Below are positions 1-10,702 of a DNA stretch of 32,000 nt, in pieces. The stretch's first letter is position 1; every line of letters starts with the position of its first letter. The notes beneath the pieces are model-generated. The model worked only from the letters and a program-made list of their open reading frames with translations. It ran no database searches and was not told the origin of the DNA. The stretch lies in contig NZ_SLWV01000005.1 of assembly GCF_004345705.1 (NCBI RefSeq), positions 130,966 to 162,965 on the forward strand, written 5' to 3'. The stretch is from Marinisporobacter balticus (GTDB lineage: Bacteria; Bacillota; Clostridia; Peptostreptococcales; Thermotaleaceae). The position numbers and the translations under genes were made by a program.

Positions 1-392
1 TCTGCCCTGCTGGAACATTAGAAGGCGGTATTCCTCTTGTTTTATCAAATGATTCCTTAAAGTCTGCTATTGGTTATTTATTTGCTTGGAAGATGGCGTT
101 ATTAGTTATTTCCATTATTTTATCTATCATTCTATTTAGACCTTTTTGCAGATTTATTTGTCCTCTCGGAGCTATCTATGCACTATTTAATCCTATTAGT
201 CTATATCGATTAGAAGTAGATCAACATAAATGTACATCTTGTAGATTATGCAGTAATAAGTGTAAATTAGATATTGATGTTTATAAAAACCCAAACAGTC
301 TAGAATGTATTCGATGCGGTGAATGTGTTTCTATTTGTCCTCAACATGCAATAAAAAGTGCCATAACGCATTCTAATAAACATAATATCTAA
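1..392 (+). CDS. 4Fe-4S cluster-binding membrane protein (NapH/polyferredoxin-like), 5'-truncated by the window edge
   Basis: The frame of the 93..392 ORF stays open back to nt 3 (CPAGTLEGGIPLVLSN...). There is a hydrophobic segment, then two ferredoxin motifs: CTSCRLCSNKC and CIRCGECVSICP. Confidence 0.75.
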   Translation, partial: CPAGTLEGGIPLVLSNDSLKSAIGYLFAWKMALLVISIILSIILFRPFCRFICPLGAIYALFNPISLYRLEVDQHKCTSCRLCSNKCKLDIDVYKNPNSLECIRCGECVSICPQHAIKSAITHSNKHNI

Positions 393-555
393 AAACTATA
401 GCCATTTAAAAAATTCTCATGTAGCTATCGTAGCTGCTGATTTTACCAATAAAATTTCTATAAAATATTACAAATTTATAATATAAATCAATGGTATAGC
501 TATTTTTTTCTATATATAATAGATTATGCAATCAAATGCTGAGAGGAGATTACAT

Positions 556-1665
556 ATGTTAAAAAAAATATTGGTAACTTTACTAATTGGAACAGTCGCT
601 TTTACTACTATAGGATGTGGAAAATCTAACTCAAAAGCCAAAGAGAAACAAGATGTGAAAATAGAAAAAACAAATGAAGAGATTGCTTTAGTGGAAGATC
701 TTCAATCTGATACTTTTAAAATGAATGCGTTAGGCTTTAGCTTTGTGCAACCAGAATCTTGGAAAGATAATGAATATATTGATGGTTTAGTTTTAGGTGC
801 ATCTGAAGACAAAAATGATTTTTTTTATGGTGGCGTACAGCTTTCATTTGTTCCAAAGGAAACAATGGCTAAAATGGAAATAATGATGGCAGATAATAAA
901 CAGCCTAGTGAAGAGGACTCTAGAAAATTACAAGAAGAATTCATGAAATTATTTAATGACTTTAAACCTTTGGTACACTTCAATATCTACAAAAAAGACG
1001 TTCTTGCAAAGAAATCTATAGCATCATTATCAAATCTCAAAAACAATGTTTCATTAGGCGAAAAGGATAATCTTATATATTATCTTTCTTATCCAAACAA
1101 AGAAGATCTAACAGAATTATCTGTAGAATCTCAAAAAATGTATGATGTATTATACAGCGAAATTGAAAATGTAAAAACATCTGTGAAAATTTTCAAACCT
1201 ATATTACCTAAATACGCGATCAAAGCTATAAATACTTTTCCGCCATTTCACGCACAAGATATCAACGGCAACGATGTAAGCAATACTATTTTCTCAGAAA
1301 GCAAGCTTACCATGATCAATGTATGGGGAACATTCTGTGGTCCTTGCATTAATGAAATGCCTGATTTGCAAAAACTTTATGATGTAGTAAAAAAAGAAAA
1401 TGTAAATATTGTTGGTATTATTGGAGATGCTGAAGGTAATGAACAAACCGCAAAGGATATTATTACAAAAACAAAAGTAGCTTATGTAAATATTGTTCCT
1501 AATATAGTTATTCAAAATGCATTCTTAGAAGATATATCTGCTTATCCGACAAGTATTTTTGTTGATGCAAAAGGAAATATCGTAGGAGATCCTATTATTG
1601 GCGCAAGAAGTGAAAAAGAATATAAAGAAATTATCATGAAAACCCTAAAGATAATTGGAAAATAA
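556..1665 (+). CDS. Lipoprotein with a C-terminal TlpA/ResA-like thioredoxin domain (thiol-disulfide oxidoreductase)
   Basis: GAGGAG RBS lies 7 nt before the ATG at 556. Signal peptide with lipobox (LLIGTVAFTTIGC). WGTFCGPC CxxC active site in the last ~150 aa. The ~230-aa N-terminal domain has no motif I recognise. The track start at 526 has no RBS. Confidence 0.8.
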   Translation: MLKKILVTLLIGTVAFTTIGCGKSNSKAKEKQDVKIEKTNEEIALVEDLQSDTFKMNALGFSFVQPESWKDNEYIDGLVLGASEDKNDFFYGGVQLSFVPKETMAKMEIMMADNKQPSEEDSRKLQEEFMKLFNDFKPLVHFNIYKKDVLAKKSIASLSNLKNNVSLGEKDNLIYYLSYPNKEDLTELSVESQKMYDVLYSEIENVKTSVKIFKPILPKYAIKAINTFPPFHAQDINGNDVSNTIFSESKLTMINVWGTFCGPCINEMPDLQKLYDVVKKENVNIVGIIGDAEGNEQTAKDIITKTKVAYVNIVPNIVIQNAFLEDISAYPTSIFVDAKGNIVGDPIIGARSEKEYKEIIMKTLKIIGK

Positions 1666-1695
1666 AATTGTTTATACCATTTAGAAAACCTTTCT

Positions 1696-1730
1696 AAAAA
1701 ACTGTAGTTTTTGCTCTCTACAGTTTTTTT
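1696..1730. terminator. Bidirectional intrinsic terminator between convergent genes
   Basis: aaaaaactgtag / ctacagttttttt stem with a 10-nt loop, flanked by an A-run and a T-run. Confidence 0.7.
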
Positions 1731-1733
1731 AAT

Positions 1734-2489
1734 TCATTCATATTTGAACAAAATATTAAAAATCAACGATGTAACCGTAACCCCTATAATTCCTCCATTT
1801 ATAACAGAAACAATATGACTTCCCAAGTAATTTAAATTGAAACCTCCTAATACAAAATATATTCTATAGTAAACAATTGCTATTGCTATGAATAAACTGA
1901 AGCACCAATAGATCCATTTTATTTTTGAAGAAATCAGACGTCTCATTCTTTTATATAAATTCCGGTTCACATAAAGATATGAAAATATAATTGCAAATCC
2001 TATCAACGTACTACTATGTTGTAAAAATTTATAAATAGGTATCTCATAATGCATAAATGGAATATATTTTGACAATAGCGGTATCTTTGTTACAAAAAAT
2101 CCGCCTCTATGGGTAAAAGAATCCCATACTACATGAGAAACCATACCGATTAATGATGAATAGATAAAAACAACTAGCGCGCTTAAATCTTTTATGCGCC
2201 ATTGCTCAAACGCTACAACATAAAACCAACGTTCTATAGGTTTTGGCATATTTAAAAGAAACGGCTTTTTTACAACAAAATGAAATACATGGGCAATGAT
2301 GAAGCATAAGGGCAAGTTAAAATAAAAAAATCCAAGAAAAGTATGTCCTATTTCCCCCATTGGCTTAAATCTCAAAAAATACTCAAAATCTGGTGCCATA
2401 CTTCCAATAATTAGTGCTGTAATGTTAAAATATTTCTCCCACTTTTTAAAAGGAATAATAATTGCTGGATGTGCAAAGGTAAACGGCAT
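1734..2489 (-). CDS. DUF4184-family membrane protein (YdjM-like putative metal-dependent hydrolase)
   Basis: The MPFTFAHPAIIIPF N-terminus is typical of DUF4184. Several TM segments and conserved His residues. Start moved to the ATG at 2489, preceded by GGAG. Confidence 0.65.
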   Translation of the reverse strand: MPFTFAHPAIIIPFKKWEKYFNITALIIGSMAPDFEYFLRFKPMGEIGHTFLGFFYFNLPLCFIIAHVFHFVVKKPFLLNMPKPIERWFYVVAFEQWRIKDLSALVVFIYSSLIGMVSHVVWDSFTHRGGFFVTKIPLLSKYIPFMHYEIPIYKFLQHSSTLIGFAIIFSYLYVNRNLYKRMRRLISSKIKWIYWCFSLFIAIAIVYYRIYFVLGGFNLNYLGSHIVSVINGGIIGVTVTSLIFNILFKYE

Positions 2490-2612
2490 TCTTTTTCTCC
2501 TTTTTTTAATAAAAACATAATATAAGTCTATATCTTCTAAATAATCCGCTTTTATATCAAACACCTGATTTTGTCAATCTAAACATTAATTAGATCGCTA
2601 TAAACCAATTGT

Positions 2613-3527
2613 TTATTCATATATCATAACCCCTTCAAGAGTAATGATGGCCTTCCCTCCAACTTTTACGATTAAGTTTTCTTTATTCCCTTCTAATTGA
2701 ACCACAATCTTGCTAGGTCTTCCCATATAATATCCCTGTTCACAAATCAATGTAATGTCTTTTTCGAATTTGATAATATTATTATTTACAAGATATGCTC
2801 CTAAAGCACCATTTGATGTACCTGTTGCAGCTTCTTCATCAATCCCAGCAGCTGGTGCAAAATTTCTGCATGCAAGGGTAGAATTTTCTTCTTCTGCTTC
2901 CATTGTAAAAGCATGAACCCCTATTACACCGTGTTTATCACTATATGCTGCTAATTGATGCTTATTAGGGTTTATCTTTTTCAATACTTCTAATGATTTT
3001 ACTGGAAGGATAATATCTGGAAGTCCTGTTGAAATCGCTTGTGGTAACAGATCATATCCATTTAATCCTATATTCTCTGCTTCTAAACCCATAATCTGCG
3101 CTAATTCATGTATATCTTGGACCTCAAAAATACATTCAGGTTTTGCTTGTGTCATTAGTATATGCTCTATTTCATGATCTTTAAAATAGATTTCAACAGG
3201 TAGATTTCCTGCTCTTGTTTTTTGGGTAATAATTTTTTTATTTCTATCGCCTTCAATATATCCTTTTTTAACCAATGTGAAAAAGGTTGCAATGGTAGCA
3301 TGTCCACATAAATCCACTTCCTGAGTCGGTGTGAAAAATCTTACTTGAAAATCTGCTTCATCATTTTTTAGTGGAAAAACAAATGCTGTTTCTGATAAAT
3401 TCATTTCTCTAGCTATTTTTTGCATTTGTATAGGACCTAGACCTGTAGCATCAGGCACAACACCAGCAGGATTTCCTCCAAAATGCACATCTGTAAAAGC
3501 ATCTACTTGAAATATTATTTTATCCAT
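2613..3527 (-). CDS. PhzF-family isomerase (phenazine biosynthesis-like protein)
   Basis: N-terminus QVDAFTDVHFGGNPAGVV, and later LSETAF, FTP..EVDLCGHAT and EEAATGTSNGAL, are hallmark PhzF/YddE motifs. 304 aa. Confidence 0.85.
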   Translation of the reverse strand: MDKIIFQVDAFTDVHFGGNPAGVVPDATGLGPIQMQKIAREMNLSETAFVFPLKNDEADFQVRFFTPTQEVDLCGHATIATFFTLVKKGYIEGDRNKKIITQKTRAGNLPVEIYFKDHEIEHILMTQAKPECIFEVQDIHELAQIMGLEAENIGLNGYDLLPQAISTGLPDIILPVKSLEVLKKINPNKHQLAAYSDKHGVIGVHAFTMEAEEENSTLACRNFAPAAGIDEEAATGTSNGALGAYLVNNNIIKFEKDITLICEQGYYMGRPSKIVVQLEGNKENLIVKVGGKAIITLEGVMIYE

Positions 3528-3548
3528 TAATAGTCCCTCTTTCCTAAA

Positions 3549-3564
3549 TGTTTCACGTGAAACA
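3549..3564. promoter_or_regulatory. parS: parS centromere-like site (Spo0J/ParB binding)
   Basis: TGTTTCACGTGAAACA is a perfect 16-bp palindrome matching the Firmicute parS consensus TGTTNCACGTGAAACA. It abuts the spo0J stop codon. Confidence 0.9.
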
Positions 3565-4437
3565 TCAAGTAATATTTCCTTGTAACAATTCTACTAGTCG
3601 TGTTAATTCCTCTTCACTATAGTATTCAATCTCTATTTTACCTTTTTTCTTTCCTTTGATAATACTTACTTTTGTCCCTAATCTTGTTTTGAGTATATCT
3701 TCTATAAACGTCAATGTATCCTCTTTTGTTTTTTGTTTTTTAGGTTTTTCCTCTTTTCTATCTACAATCTTTTCAACCAAGCTTTCTGTTTCTCGAACAG
3801 ATAAATGGTTTGCAAGAATATTTTCTCCTATTTCTCTTTGTAATTTAGCGTCTTCAATTCTCAAAAGCGCTCTAGCATGTCCACTAGATAATAAATTATT
3901 CATTACCATCTCTTGTGCTTTTTTTGTGAGATTAAGGAGTCTTACTGTATTAGCAATATAAGGTCTACTTTTCCCAATGCTATATGATATTTGTTCTTGG
4001 GTTAGTTTGTAATTTTCCATTAATGTTTTATATGCGAAAGCCTCTTCAATAGGGTTCAAATCTTCTCTTTGTAAATTCTCGATCAAAGCAATTTCCATAC
4101 GTTCCTTTTCATTCAGTTCTTTTATAATACAGGGTATTTCTTTCAATTCTGCTTGCCTACTAGCTTTCCATCTTCTTTCTCCTGCTACAATCTCATACCC
4201 CTGATCGATAGGTCTCACCACAATAGGTTGAAGGATACCATGACTTTTAATGGATGATACTAAAGCATCCATCCTTTCTTGATCAAAATGCTTTCGTGGT
4301 TGTTCTTTATTGGGTTTAATCATATCTATATGAATTTTTTGTATTTCTCCTTTATTAGAACTTTCTATTTCACTCTTCTTTCCTTCAGGAATAAGCGCAC
4401 CAAGCCCTTTTCCTAAACCGCTTCTTTTTTTCACCAA
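3565..4437 (-). CDS. spo0J: Chromosome partitioning protein ParB/Spo0J
   Basis: Has the ParB motifs QPRK, GILQPIVV and GERRWKAS plus an HTH region. TTG (4437) or GTG (4434) start directly after the soj stop. Confidence 0.9.
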   Translation of the reverse strand: MVKKRSGLGKGLGALIPEGKKSEIESSNKGEIQKIHIDMIKPNKEQPRKHFDQERMDALVSSIKSHGILQPIVVRPIDQGYEIVAGERRWKASRQAELKEIPCIIKELNEKERMEIALIENLQREDLNPIEEAFAYKTLMENYKLTQEQISYSIGKSRPYIANTVRLLNLTKKAQEMVMNNLLSSGHARALLRIEDAKLQREIGENILANHLSVRETESLVEKIVDRKEEKPKKQKTKEDTLTFIEDILKTRLGTKVSIIKGKKKGKIEIEYYSEEELTRLVELLQGNIT

Positions 4438-5223
4438 CTATATCACATCCTCATCAAGTTCTTCTTGTAAGTATAAAAATTCATCTGCAAATTCAGAATA
4501 TGCTTCTGCACCTTTTGATTTAGGATCATATTCAATAATAGATAATCCATAACTAGGTGCTTCCGCCAATCGAACATTTCTAGGAATTAAAGTTGTATAT
4601 ACTTTTCCCTTAAAATATTTTTTTACCTCATCAACAACTTGTATTGAAAGATTTGTTCGTCCATCAAACATACTAAGCACTACACCTTGAATCTCTAAAT
4701 TTGGGTTTAAATTTTCTCGTACAAGCCCAATCGTATTCATTAGTTGGCTCACACCTTCTAAAGCATAATACTCACACTGGATAGGGATGAGTACACTATC
4801 TACAGCTGTTAATGCATTAATTGTTAGCAATCCAAGTGATGGTGGACAATCTATAAAAATATAATCATATTCTTTTTTGACTTGATCAATGGCAGTCTTC
4901 AATTTCCCTTCTCTTCCATCCATTCCTGTCAGTTCTATCTCAGCACCTGCTAATTGCATACTTGAAGGAATAATAGAAAGATTTTGACGACTTGTTTCGA
5001 GAATACACTTATGAATATTTACTTGGTCTATGAGAAGATCATACATCGTCATATGTACAGCTTCTTTATCTATTCCAAAACCACTTGTAGTATTTCCTTG
5101 TGGATCAATATCAACTACTAATATTTTTTTATCTTTGGTTGCCAAACAAGCACTTAAGTTTACATTTGTAGTTGTCTTCCCTACACCACCTTTTTGATTG
5201 AAAATAGCAATTACTTTTCCCAT
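4438..5223 (-). CDS. soj: Chromosome partitioning ATPase ParA/Soj
   Basis: Deviant Walker A motif KGGVGKTT at the N-terminus (MGKVIAIFNQKGGVGKTT). Start set to the ATG at 5223, which has a GGTGG RBS. The longer track start adds a non-homologous 22 aa. Confidence 0.9.
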   Translation of the reverse strand: MGKVIAIFNQKGGVGKTTTNVNLSACLATKDKKILVVDIDPQGNTTSGFGIDKEAVHMTMYDLLIDQVNIHKCILETSRQNLSIIPSSMQLAGAEIELTGMDGREGKLKTAIDQVKKEYDYIFIDCPPSLGLLTINALTAVDSVLIPIQCEYYALEGVSQLMNTIGLVRENLNPNLEIQGVVLSMFDGRTNLSIQVVDEVKKYFKGKVYTTLIPRNVRLAEAPSYGLSIIEYDPKSKGAEAYSEFADEFLYLQEELDEDVI

Positions 5224-5444
5224 CCTTACCACCCCACAACTTTTATAATAATAATAGATTTCGTTACAACTTTTTCTATTCCTGCTCAAAATTTTAATAT
5301 TATGAAAATAATATAACGAATAACCACATCTTTCAAATGTAATTTTTCCCTATATGTTATAAATAATAACATTCTTGAATATAATTTAACGGTATTATTT
5401 TATAAAAATCGAATAATTGATCTTTTTTTAGGGGGAGGAAATAG

Positions 5445-5714
5445 ATGTTAAAAATTATTATCACTTCATTTTGGGTAGTACTTCTAGCAGAATTAGGAGA
5501 CAAAACCCAGCTTCAAACCATGCTACTCGCTACACAATCAAAGTCTATATTAGGTGTTTTCATAGGTGCTTCATGCGCTTTGGTCTTAAGTTGTTTATTA
5601 GGAGTTCTTGCAGGTTCTTACATAACAAAATTTATACCCACTAATTATTTACAGATGGCTGCTGGATTTGCTTTTATCATCATTGGATTTTTAACGTTGT
5701 TTGGTAAAATATAA
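5445..5714 (+). CDS. UPF0016 (GDT1/TMEM165) family membrane protein, single-repeat half-size form; putative Mn2+/Ca2+ transporter subunit
   Basis: ELGDKTQ signature motif in TM1, three hydrophobic segments, 89 aa. GGGGGAGG RBS upstream. Confidence 0.75.
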   Translation: MLKIIITSFWVVLLAELGDKTQLQTMLLATQSKSILGVFIGASCALVLSCLLGVLAGSYITKFIPTNYLQMAAGFAFIIIGFLTLFGKI

Positions 5715-5720
5715 TAAAAC

Positions 5721-5758
5721 AAAAACAGTCTCAAGGTATTTTCCCTGCGACTGTTTTT
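5721..5758. terminator. Bidirectional intrinsic terminator
   Basis: aaaaacagtc ... gactgttttt stem between the convergent UPF0016 and noc-like genes. Confidence 0.55.
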
Positions 5759-5781
5759 ATAAATAACGTATAAAATATTTT

Positions 5782-6582
5782 TTATGAATGCTTAGGTATT
5801 TTTACAACAACTTCTATGTATTCTCCTTTATCTACTTGCTTATATTCCGCATTCAAGCCTGTTTCTTTAATCGCATTATATGCATTTTTTAAAGTATTTA
5901 AATAAATTTTGAAATTAAAAGCACTTTTAATGCGTTTTTTTGTATTTTCTTCATCAGGTTTTGTAATTTCTTCTAATATTTCATTGATTCTTTTTTCCGT
6001 CTTTTTTACATTTAAATCTTTATTTATGATTTCTTTTAAAATCATTTGTTGCAATTTTTCATCATGTAGCTTTAATAAAGCACGTCCATGTCTTTCTGTT
6101 AATCCATTTTCGATTAAACCGTCTTTTACCTCACATGGTAGCTTTAATATTCTTAATTTATTAGCAATGGTTGATTGATTTTTTCCAACTTTTTGCGCAA
6201 TATCCTGCTGCGTAAAATCATGATCTTTCATTAAGTTTTTATAACCTTCAGCTTCTTCTATAAAATTTAGATCTTCTCTTTGTAAGTTTTCTATCAAGGC
6301 AAGAACTGCTGAATCTTGGTCTGTCATTTCCGATATAATTGCAGGTATAGTTTGTAATTGGGCAAGTTTTGCAGCCCGCAGTCGCCTTTCTCCTGCTACT
6401 AGTTCAAAACGATCCTGGCTAATTTTTCTAACACTGATGGGCTGTAGCACCCCATATGCTTTTATAGATTCACTCAATTCTTCCAAATTACCTTTTTTAA
6501 AAATTTTTCTTGGTTGATAAGGATTTGGCAAGATCGAATCCACAGGAATTTGTAGCACTGTTGTACTTTGGTCTTTCATCAT
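5782..6582 (-). CDS. noc: ParB-family nucleoid occlusion protein (Noc-like paralog)
   Basis: Second ParB paralog (PNPYQPRK, GVLQPISVR, GERRLRAA) in the conserved rsmG-noc-soj-spo0J position. Start probably at the ATG pair 6582/6579, downstream of AGGGGAAG, rather than 6600. Confidence 0.75.
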   Translation of the reverse strand: MMKDQSTTVLQIPVDSILPNPYQPRKIFKKGNLEELSESIKAYGVLQPISVRKISQDRFELVAGERRLRAAKLAQLQTIPAIISEMTDQDSAVLALIENLQREDLNFIEEAEGYKNLMKDHDFTQQDIAQKVGKNQSTIANKLRILKLPCEVKDGLIENGLTERHGRALLKLHDEKLQQMILKEIINKDLNVKKTEKRINEILEEITKPDEENTKKRIKSAFNFKIYLNTLKNAYNAIKETGLNAEYKQVDKGEYIEVVVKIPKHS

Positions 6583-6703
6583 TATTAATCTTCCCCTCAT
6601 ACATAACTATTCTAAATAATAACATTCGTCAAAGAAATCTAACTTCCTTCCCTTTTTTTAAATTTTCTAAGATTTTTATTCTACAAAATATTTAATCCTA
6701 GTA

Positions 6704-7423
6704 TTAGATTAAAGGTTCTTTCGTTGGTGTTCCAGCTTTTCTAGGGTATTTTGTCGGAGTCTTTTTTATTTTTTTAATGACAATAATATTATGAGTAATG
6801 TCACAAAATGGAAGTTTTACATCTTTCTTTTCAATAAATCTACCTCCTAATAGGTCTATGGCTTTTTTTGCATCTTCCATCTCGACATCCACATTAGGAC
6901 CTTTTTGACAAATAAAGTAACCTCCAAGCTTTACAAAAGGTAAACAATATTCACATAATGTATTGAGTGGTGCTACTGCTCTAGCGACAGCAACATCATA
7001 GTTTTCTCTGAAGTTTTTATCTTTCCCTACATCTTCAGCACGTCCATGCTCAAAAGATACATTTTCAAGTCCGATGTTTGAACAAACATCTTTTAAAAAA
7101 TTAATTCTTTTGTTTAATGAATCTAATAAAGTTAAATGTACCTTTGGATAATAAATATTTATAGGAATACCAGGAAAACCAGCGCCCGTTCCCACATCTA
7201 TTACTTTATGATTATCATTTATGTAGGGCAGTATCATACAAGATATAGAATCTAGAAAATGCTTAATCATAACCTCTTTGTCTTCTGTAATAGCTGTTAA
7301 ATTTATTTTTTCGTTCCATTTCACCAACAGATCTTTATATTTTAAAAACTGATCAATTTGTACATCCTTTAAGGATAATCCCAGTTTTTCTGATCCTTCT
7401 TTAAGGATCTCTATATTATTCAT
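6704..7423 (-). CDS. rsmG: 16S rRNA (guanine527-N7)-methyltransferase RsmG (GidB)
   Basis: SAM-binding motif [12 protein letters not shown] and conserved position after mnmG. Start at the ATG at 7423 ([10 protein letters not shown]...), overlapping the mnmG stop by 8 nt. The track start at 7519 lies inside mnmG. Confidence 0.9.
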   Translation of the reverse strand: MNNIEILKEGSEKLGLSLKDVQIDQFLKYKDLLVKWNEKINLTAITEDKEVMIKHFLDSISCMILPYINDNHKVIDVGTGAGFPGIPINIYYPKVHLTLLDSLNKRINFLKDVCSNIGLENVSFEHGRAEDVGKDKNFRENYDVAVARAVAPLNTLCEYCLPFVKLGGYFICQKGPNVDVEMEDAKKAIDLLGGRFIEKKDVKLPFCDITHNIIVIKKIKKTPTKYPRKAGTPTKEPLI

Positions 7424-9311
7424 CTCTATCACCTCTTTTTCTTCTCTGCTGCTCAAGATATACCAACAACACAGAAATATCAGCAGGTGATACACCTGAT
7501 ATCCTTGATGCCTGTCCAACAGACAAAGGTTTTAGTTCATTTAGCTTTTGTCTCGCTTCAATTCTTAGCCCATCAATTTTACTATAATCGATATCCATGT
7601 CTAATTTTCTCATTTCTAGCTTTTTGAACTGGCTAATTTGTTTTAATTGCTTTCCAATATAACCTTCATACTTAATTTGTACCTGGCATTGCTCTACCAC
7701 TTCTAACTGAACATTTGGTCTATTTTCATCAATTTCTTTTAAATCTTCATAGGTAATTTGTGGTCTCTTCAACAGATCATATATGGAAACACCACTTTTA
7801 ATAGTAGCGGTATTCATTTTTTCTAAAAATTCATTCGCCATAGAAGGGGTCACACAAGTCTCTTTTAATCGTTTCATTTCTTTTTCAATATTGTCTTTTT
7901 TCTCTAAAAATTTTTGATATCTATCTTCTTTTACAAGTCCTATTTGATATCCTTTTTGTGTAAGTCTTAAATCTGCATTATCTTGTCTCAGTACCAATCT
8001 ATATTCCGCACGCGAAGTCATCATTCTATAAGGTTCATTAGTTCCTTTTGTTACCAAATCGTCAATCAATACACCTATATATGCTTCTGATCGATCTAAT
8101 ATGAAGGATTCTTTTCCTTGGATCTTTAAAGCTGCATTGATTCCAGCAATAAGTCCTTGTGCAGCAGCTTCTTCATAGCCAGAACTACCATTAAACTGTC
8201 CCGCTGAAAATAAATATTTAATATCTTTACATTCTAACGTCAATTTTAATTGTAATGGATCAATACAGTCATATTCTATGGCATAAGCAGGACGCATAAT
8301 TTTTGAATTTTCAAGACCTGGGATACTTCTATAAAATCTCACTTGTACATCTTCTGGAAGGCTCGTTGACATGCCTTGTACATACATTTCATTTGTATTT
8401 AATCCTTCAGGCTCAATAAATAACTGGTGCCTATTTTTATCAGAAAATCTTACGATTTTATCTTCAATAGAAGGACAATATCTAGGTCCTGTCCCTTCTA
8501 TTTCTCCGCCATAAAGGGCAGAACGATGTATATTTTCTTTAATAATCTCATGGGTATTTTCATTTGTATAAGTAAGCCAACATGGAACCTGTTTTTTTTC
8601 TAAATGGTCATTCATAAAAGAGAAAGGAACAATTCTTTCATCTCCAGGCTGTTCTTCCATTTTAGAAAAATCTAAAGTTTTTTGGTCTACTCTTGCTGGC
8701 GTTCCTGTTTTAAACCGCCTCAGCTTAAGGCCTATATTTTTTAAGTTCTTAGGTAATTCTTTTGAAGAAGCTAAACCATTAGGTCCACTCTCATAGTTTA
8801 CCCCACCAATAAATATTTTTCCGCCCAAATAAGTTCCGGTCGTAAGAATCACTGCTTTTGAACCATACACAGCGCCAGTGCTTAGTACAACCCCTACTAC
8901 AATGTCATTTTCTATGACTAATTCAATGACCTCTCCTTGTTTTATATCAAGGTTTACATTATTTTCTAAAACTTTTTTCATTTCTATATGATAAAGCTGT
9001 TTATCTGCTTGAGCTCTTAATGAATGTACCGCTGGACCTTTTGCTGTATTTAGCATTCTACTTTGTATAAATGTTTTATCTATATTAAGGCCCATTTCTC
9101 CACCTAATGCATCTATTTCTCGAACTAGATGTCCTTTTCCTGTTCCTCCAATAGAAGGATTACACGGCATCATAGCAATAGAATCTAAATTTATGGATAA
9201 TAATAAGGTACTACATCCCATTCGAGCTGAAGATAGGGCTGCTTCACATCCAGCATGTCCAGCACCAATTACAACAACATCATAGTTTTCTGCTTTAAAT
9301 TTTTCTAGCAT
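7416..9311 (-). CDS. mnmG: tRNA uridine 5-carboxymethylaminomethyl modification enzyme MnmG (GidA)
   Basis: FAD motif [15 protein letters not shown] and full-length GidA-like sequence. Start at the ATG at 9311, preceded by GGAGG. Confidence 0.95.
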   Translation of the reverse strand: MLEKFKAENYDVVVIGAGHAGCEAALSSARMGCSTLLLSINLDSIAMMPCNPSIGGTGKGHLVREIDALGGEMGLNIDKTFIQSRMLNTAKGPAVHSLRAQADKQLYHIEMKKVLENNVNLDIKQGEVIELVIENDIVVGVVLSTGAVYGSKAVILTTGTYLGGKIFIGGVNYESGPNGLASSKELPKNLKNIGLKLRRFKTGTPARVDQKTLDFSKMEEQPGDERIVPFSFMNDHLEKKQVPCWLTYTNENTHEIIKENIHRSALYGGEIEGTGPRYCPSIEDKIVRFSDKNRHQLFIEPEGLNTNEMYVQGMSTSLPEDVQVRFYRSIPGLENSKIMRPAYAIEYDCIDPLQLKLTLECKDIKYLFSAGQFNGSSGYEEAAAQGLIAGINAALKIQGKESFILDRSEAYIGVLIDDLVTKGTNEPYRMMTSRAEYRLVLRQDNADLRLTQKGYQIGLVKEDRYQKFLEKKDNIEKEMKRLKETCVTPSMANEFLEKMNTATIKSGVSIYDLLKRPQITYEDLKEIDENRPNVQLEVVEQCQVQIKYEGYIGKQLKQISQFKKLEMRKLDMDIDYSKIDGLRIEARQKLNELKPLSVGQASRISGVSPADISVLLVYLEQQRRKRGDRDE

Positions 9312-9322
9312 CCATATTCCTC

Positions 9323-10702
9323 CTATTTTCCTAAACAAAACTTGGAAAATATTTGATCAATTACATCTTCTCCCACTGTATCTCCTGTAATTTCACCCAA
9401 ATATTCCCATGTATTTTTTACATCTACTTCAATGAAATCTAGGGCTAGTTCTTGCTTTATTGCATCTATGCCCTCTTCTATACTCATTTTTGCTTTTTCT
9501 AGTGTATCTTTATGTCTCACATTAGTAATAAAAGAAGCTTCCTTCTGTTTTATTTGTCCCCCATAAACCATATCTACAATGGTGTCCTCTAATTCTTTTA
9601 AACCTTTTTCTTCTACGATAGATATTTTAATAATTTTTTTATTTGGAAGTAAATTTTTTATTTCTTCTTCTTCTAAAACTATTGGTAAATCTGTTTTATT
9701 CATCAAAACAATCGTTTTTCTGTTTTGAAGTAATTCAATAATTTTTTTATCTTCCTCTGTTAAAGATTCCGAAGCATTTACTATAAAAATAACCAAATCC
9801 CCTTTATTAAAAAATTCCTTACTTCGTTCTACACCAATTCTTTCAACAAGATCTTCCGTTTCTCGAATCCCCGCTGTATCAATGATTTTTAGTGGAATTC
9901 CTTGAATACTCAAAAATTCTTCAATAATGTCCCTCGTTGTTCCTGGTACTTCCGTAACAATGGCTCTAGATTCCTTAAGAAGTGCATTCATTAGCGAAGA
10001 TTTTCCCACATTGGGTTTTCCTATAATCACTGTATTTAAACCTTCTTTTATAATTTTTCCCGTATATGCACTTCTAAGGAGCTGCTCAATGTCTTTTTTA
10101 ATATGATTCGCACCTTTAAGAAGTTCTTGATATGTAATTTCTTCAATATCCTCATCTGGATAATCGATATTCACTGTAATATTGGCCATCATTTCTAGTA
10201 GTGTGTCTGTAATCTTTTTTACTTGCTTAGACAATGACCCTTCTAGCTGTCCAAAAGCAACATCAAAGCTCTTATCTGTCTTTGCACTGATTAAATCCAT
10301 TACAGCTTCTGCTTGTGAAAGATCCATTCTTCCATTTAAAAAAGCTCTTTTCGTAAATTCCCCAGGTTCTGCCATCCTCGCACCACATCTAAGGACTAAT
10401 TCTAATATTTTTCGTACAGGAACAATGCCTCCATGACAATCTATTTCCACCACATCTTCCGCAGTATAAGTGAAAGGTGCTTTCATATATGTAACCAATA
10501 CCTCATCCACAACCTGCTTTGTTTTAGGATCTATAATTTTCCCATGAGTAAGTCGCCTTGACTGATATTCTTTTATAGAATTCCCTTTCGTAGGCATAAA
10601 AATATGATCTAATATTTCCAAAGACTTTTCCCCACTTAATCTTACAATGCCAATACCTGCTTCTCCTGGAGCTGTAGCAATGGCTGCTATTGTAGCATTC
10701 AT
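9323..10702 (-). CDS. mnmE: tRNA modification GTPase MnmE (TrmE/ThdF)
   Basis: G-domain motifs GKPNVGKSS and DTAGIR, and the C-terminal CLGK tetrapeptide typical of MnmE. AGAGGTGA RBS. Confidence 0.95.
   Translation of the reverse strand: MNATIAAIATAPGEAGIGIVRLSGEKSLEILDHIFMPTKGNSIKEYQSRRLTHGKIIDPKTKQVVDEVLVTYMKAPFTYTAEDVVEIDCHGGIVPVRKILELVLRCGARMAEPGEFTKRAFLNGRMDLSQAEAVMDLISAKTDKSFDVAFGQLEGSLSKQVKKITDTLLEMMANITVNIDYPDEDIEEITYQELLKGANHIKKDIEQLLRSAYTGKIIKEGLNTVIIGKPNVGKSSLMNALLKESRAIVTEVPGTTRDIIEEFLSIQGIPLKIIDTAGIRETEDLVERIGVERSKEFFNKGDLVIFIVNASESLTEEDKKIIELLQNRKTIVLMNKTDLPIVLEEEEIKNLLPNKKIIKISIVEEKGLKELEDTIVDMVYGGQIKQKEASFITNVRHKDTLEKAKMSIEEGIDAIKQELALDFIEVDVKNTWEYLGEITGDTVGEDVIDQIFSKFCLGK

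Noticed and set aside
5290-5444. An Mn riboswitch upstream of the UPF0016 gene
   Set aside because: No GGGGAGUAG / GAGACC elements and no terminator-antiterminator structure are visible in the 220-nt soj-UPF0016 spacer.
7424-7519. Longer starts for rsmG (7519), mnmG (9338), soj (5289), DUF4184 (2564), noc (6600) and the TlpA lipoprotein (526)
   Set aside because: In each case the extra residues overlap the upstream gene or lack an RBS. An internal ATG with a Shine-Dalgarno sequence begins the recognisable conserved N-terminus.
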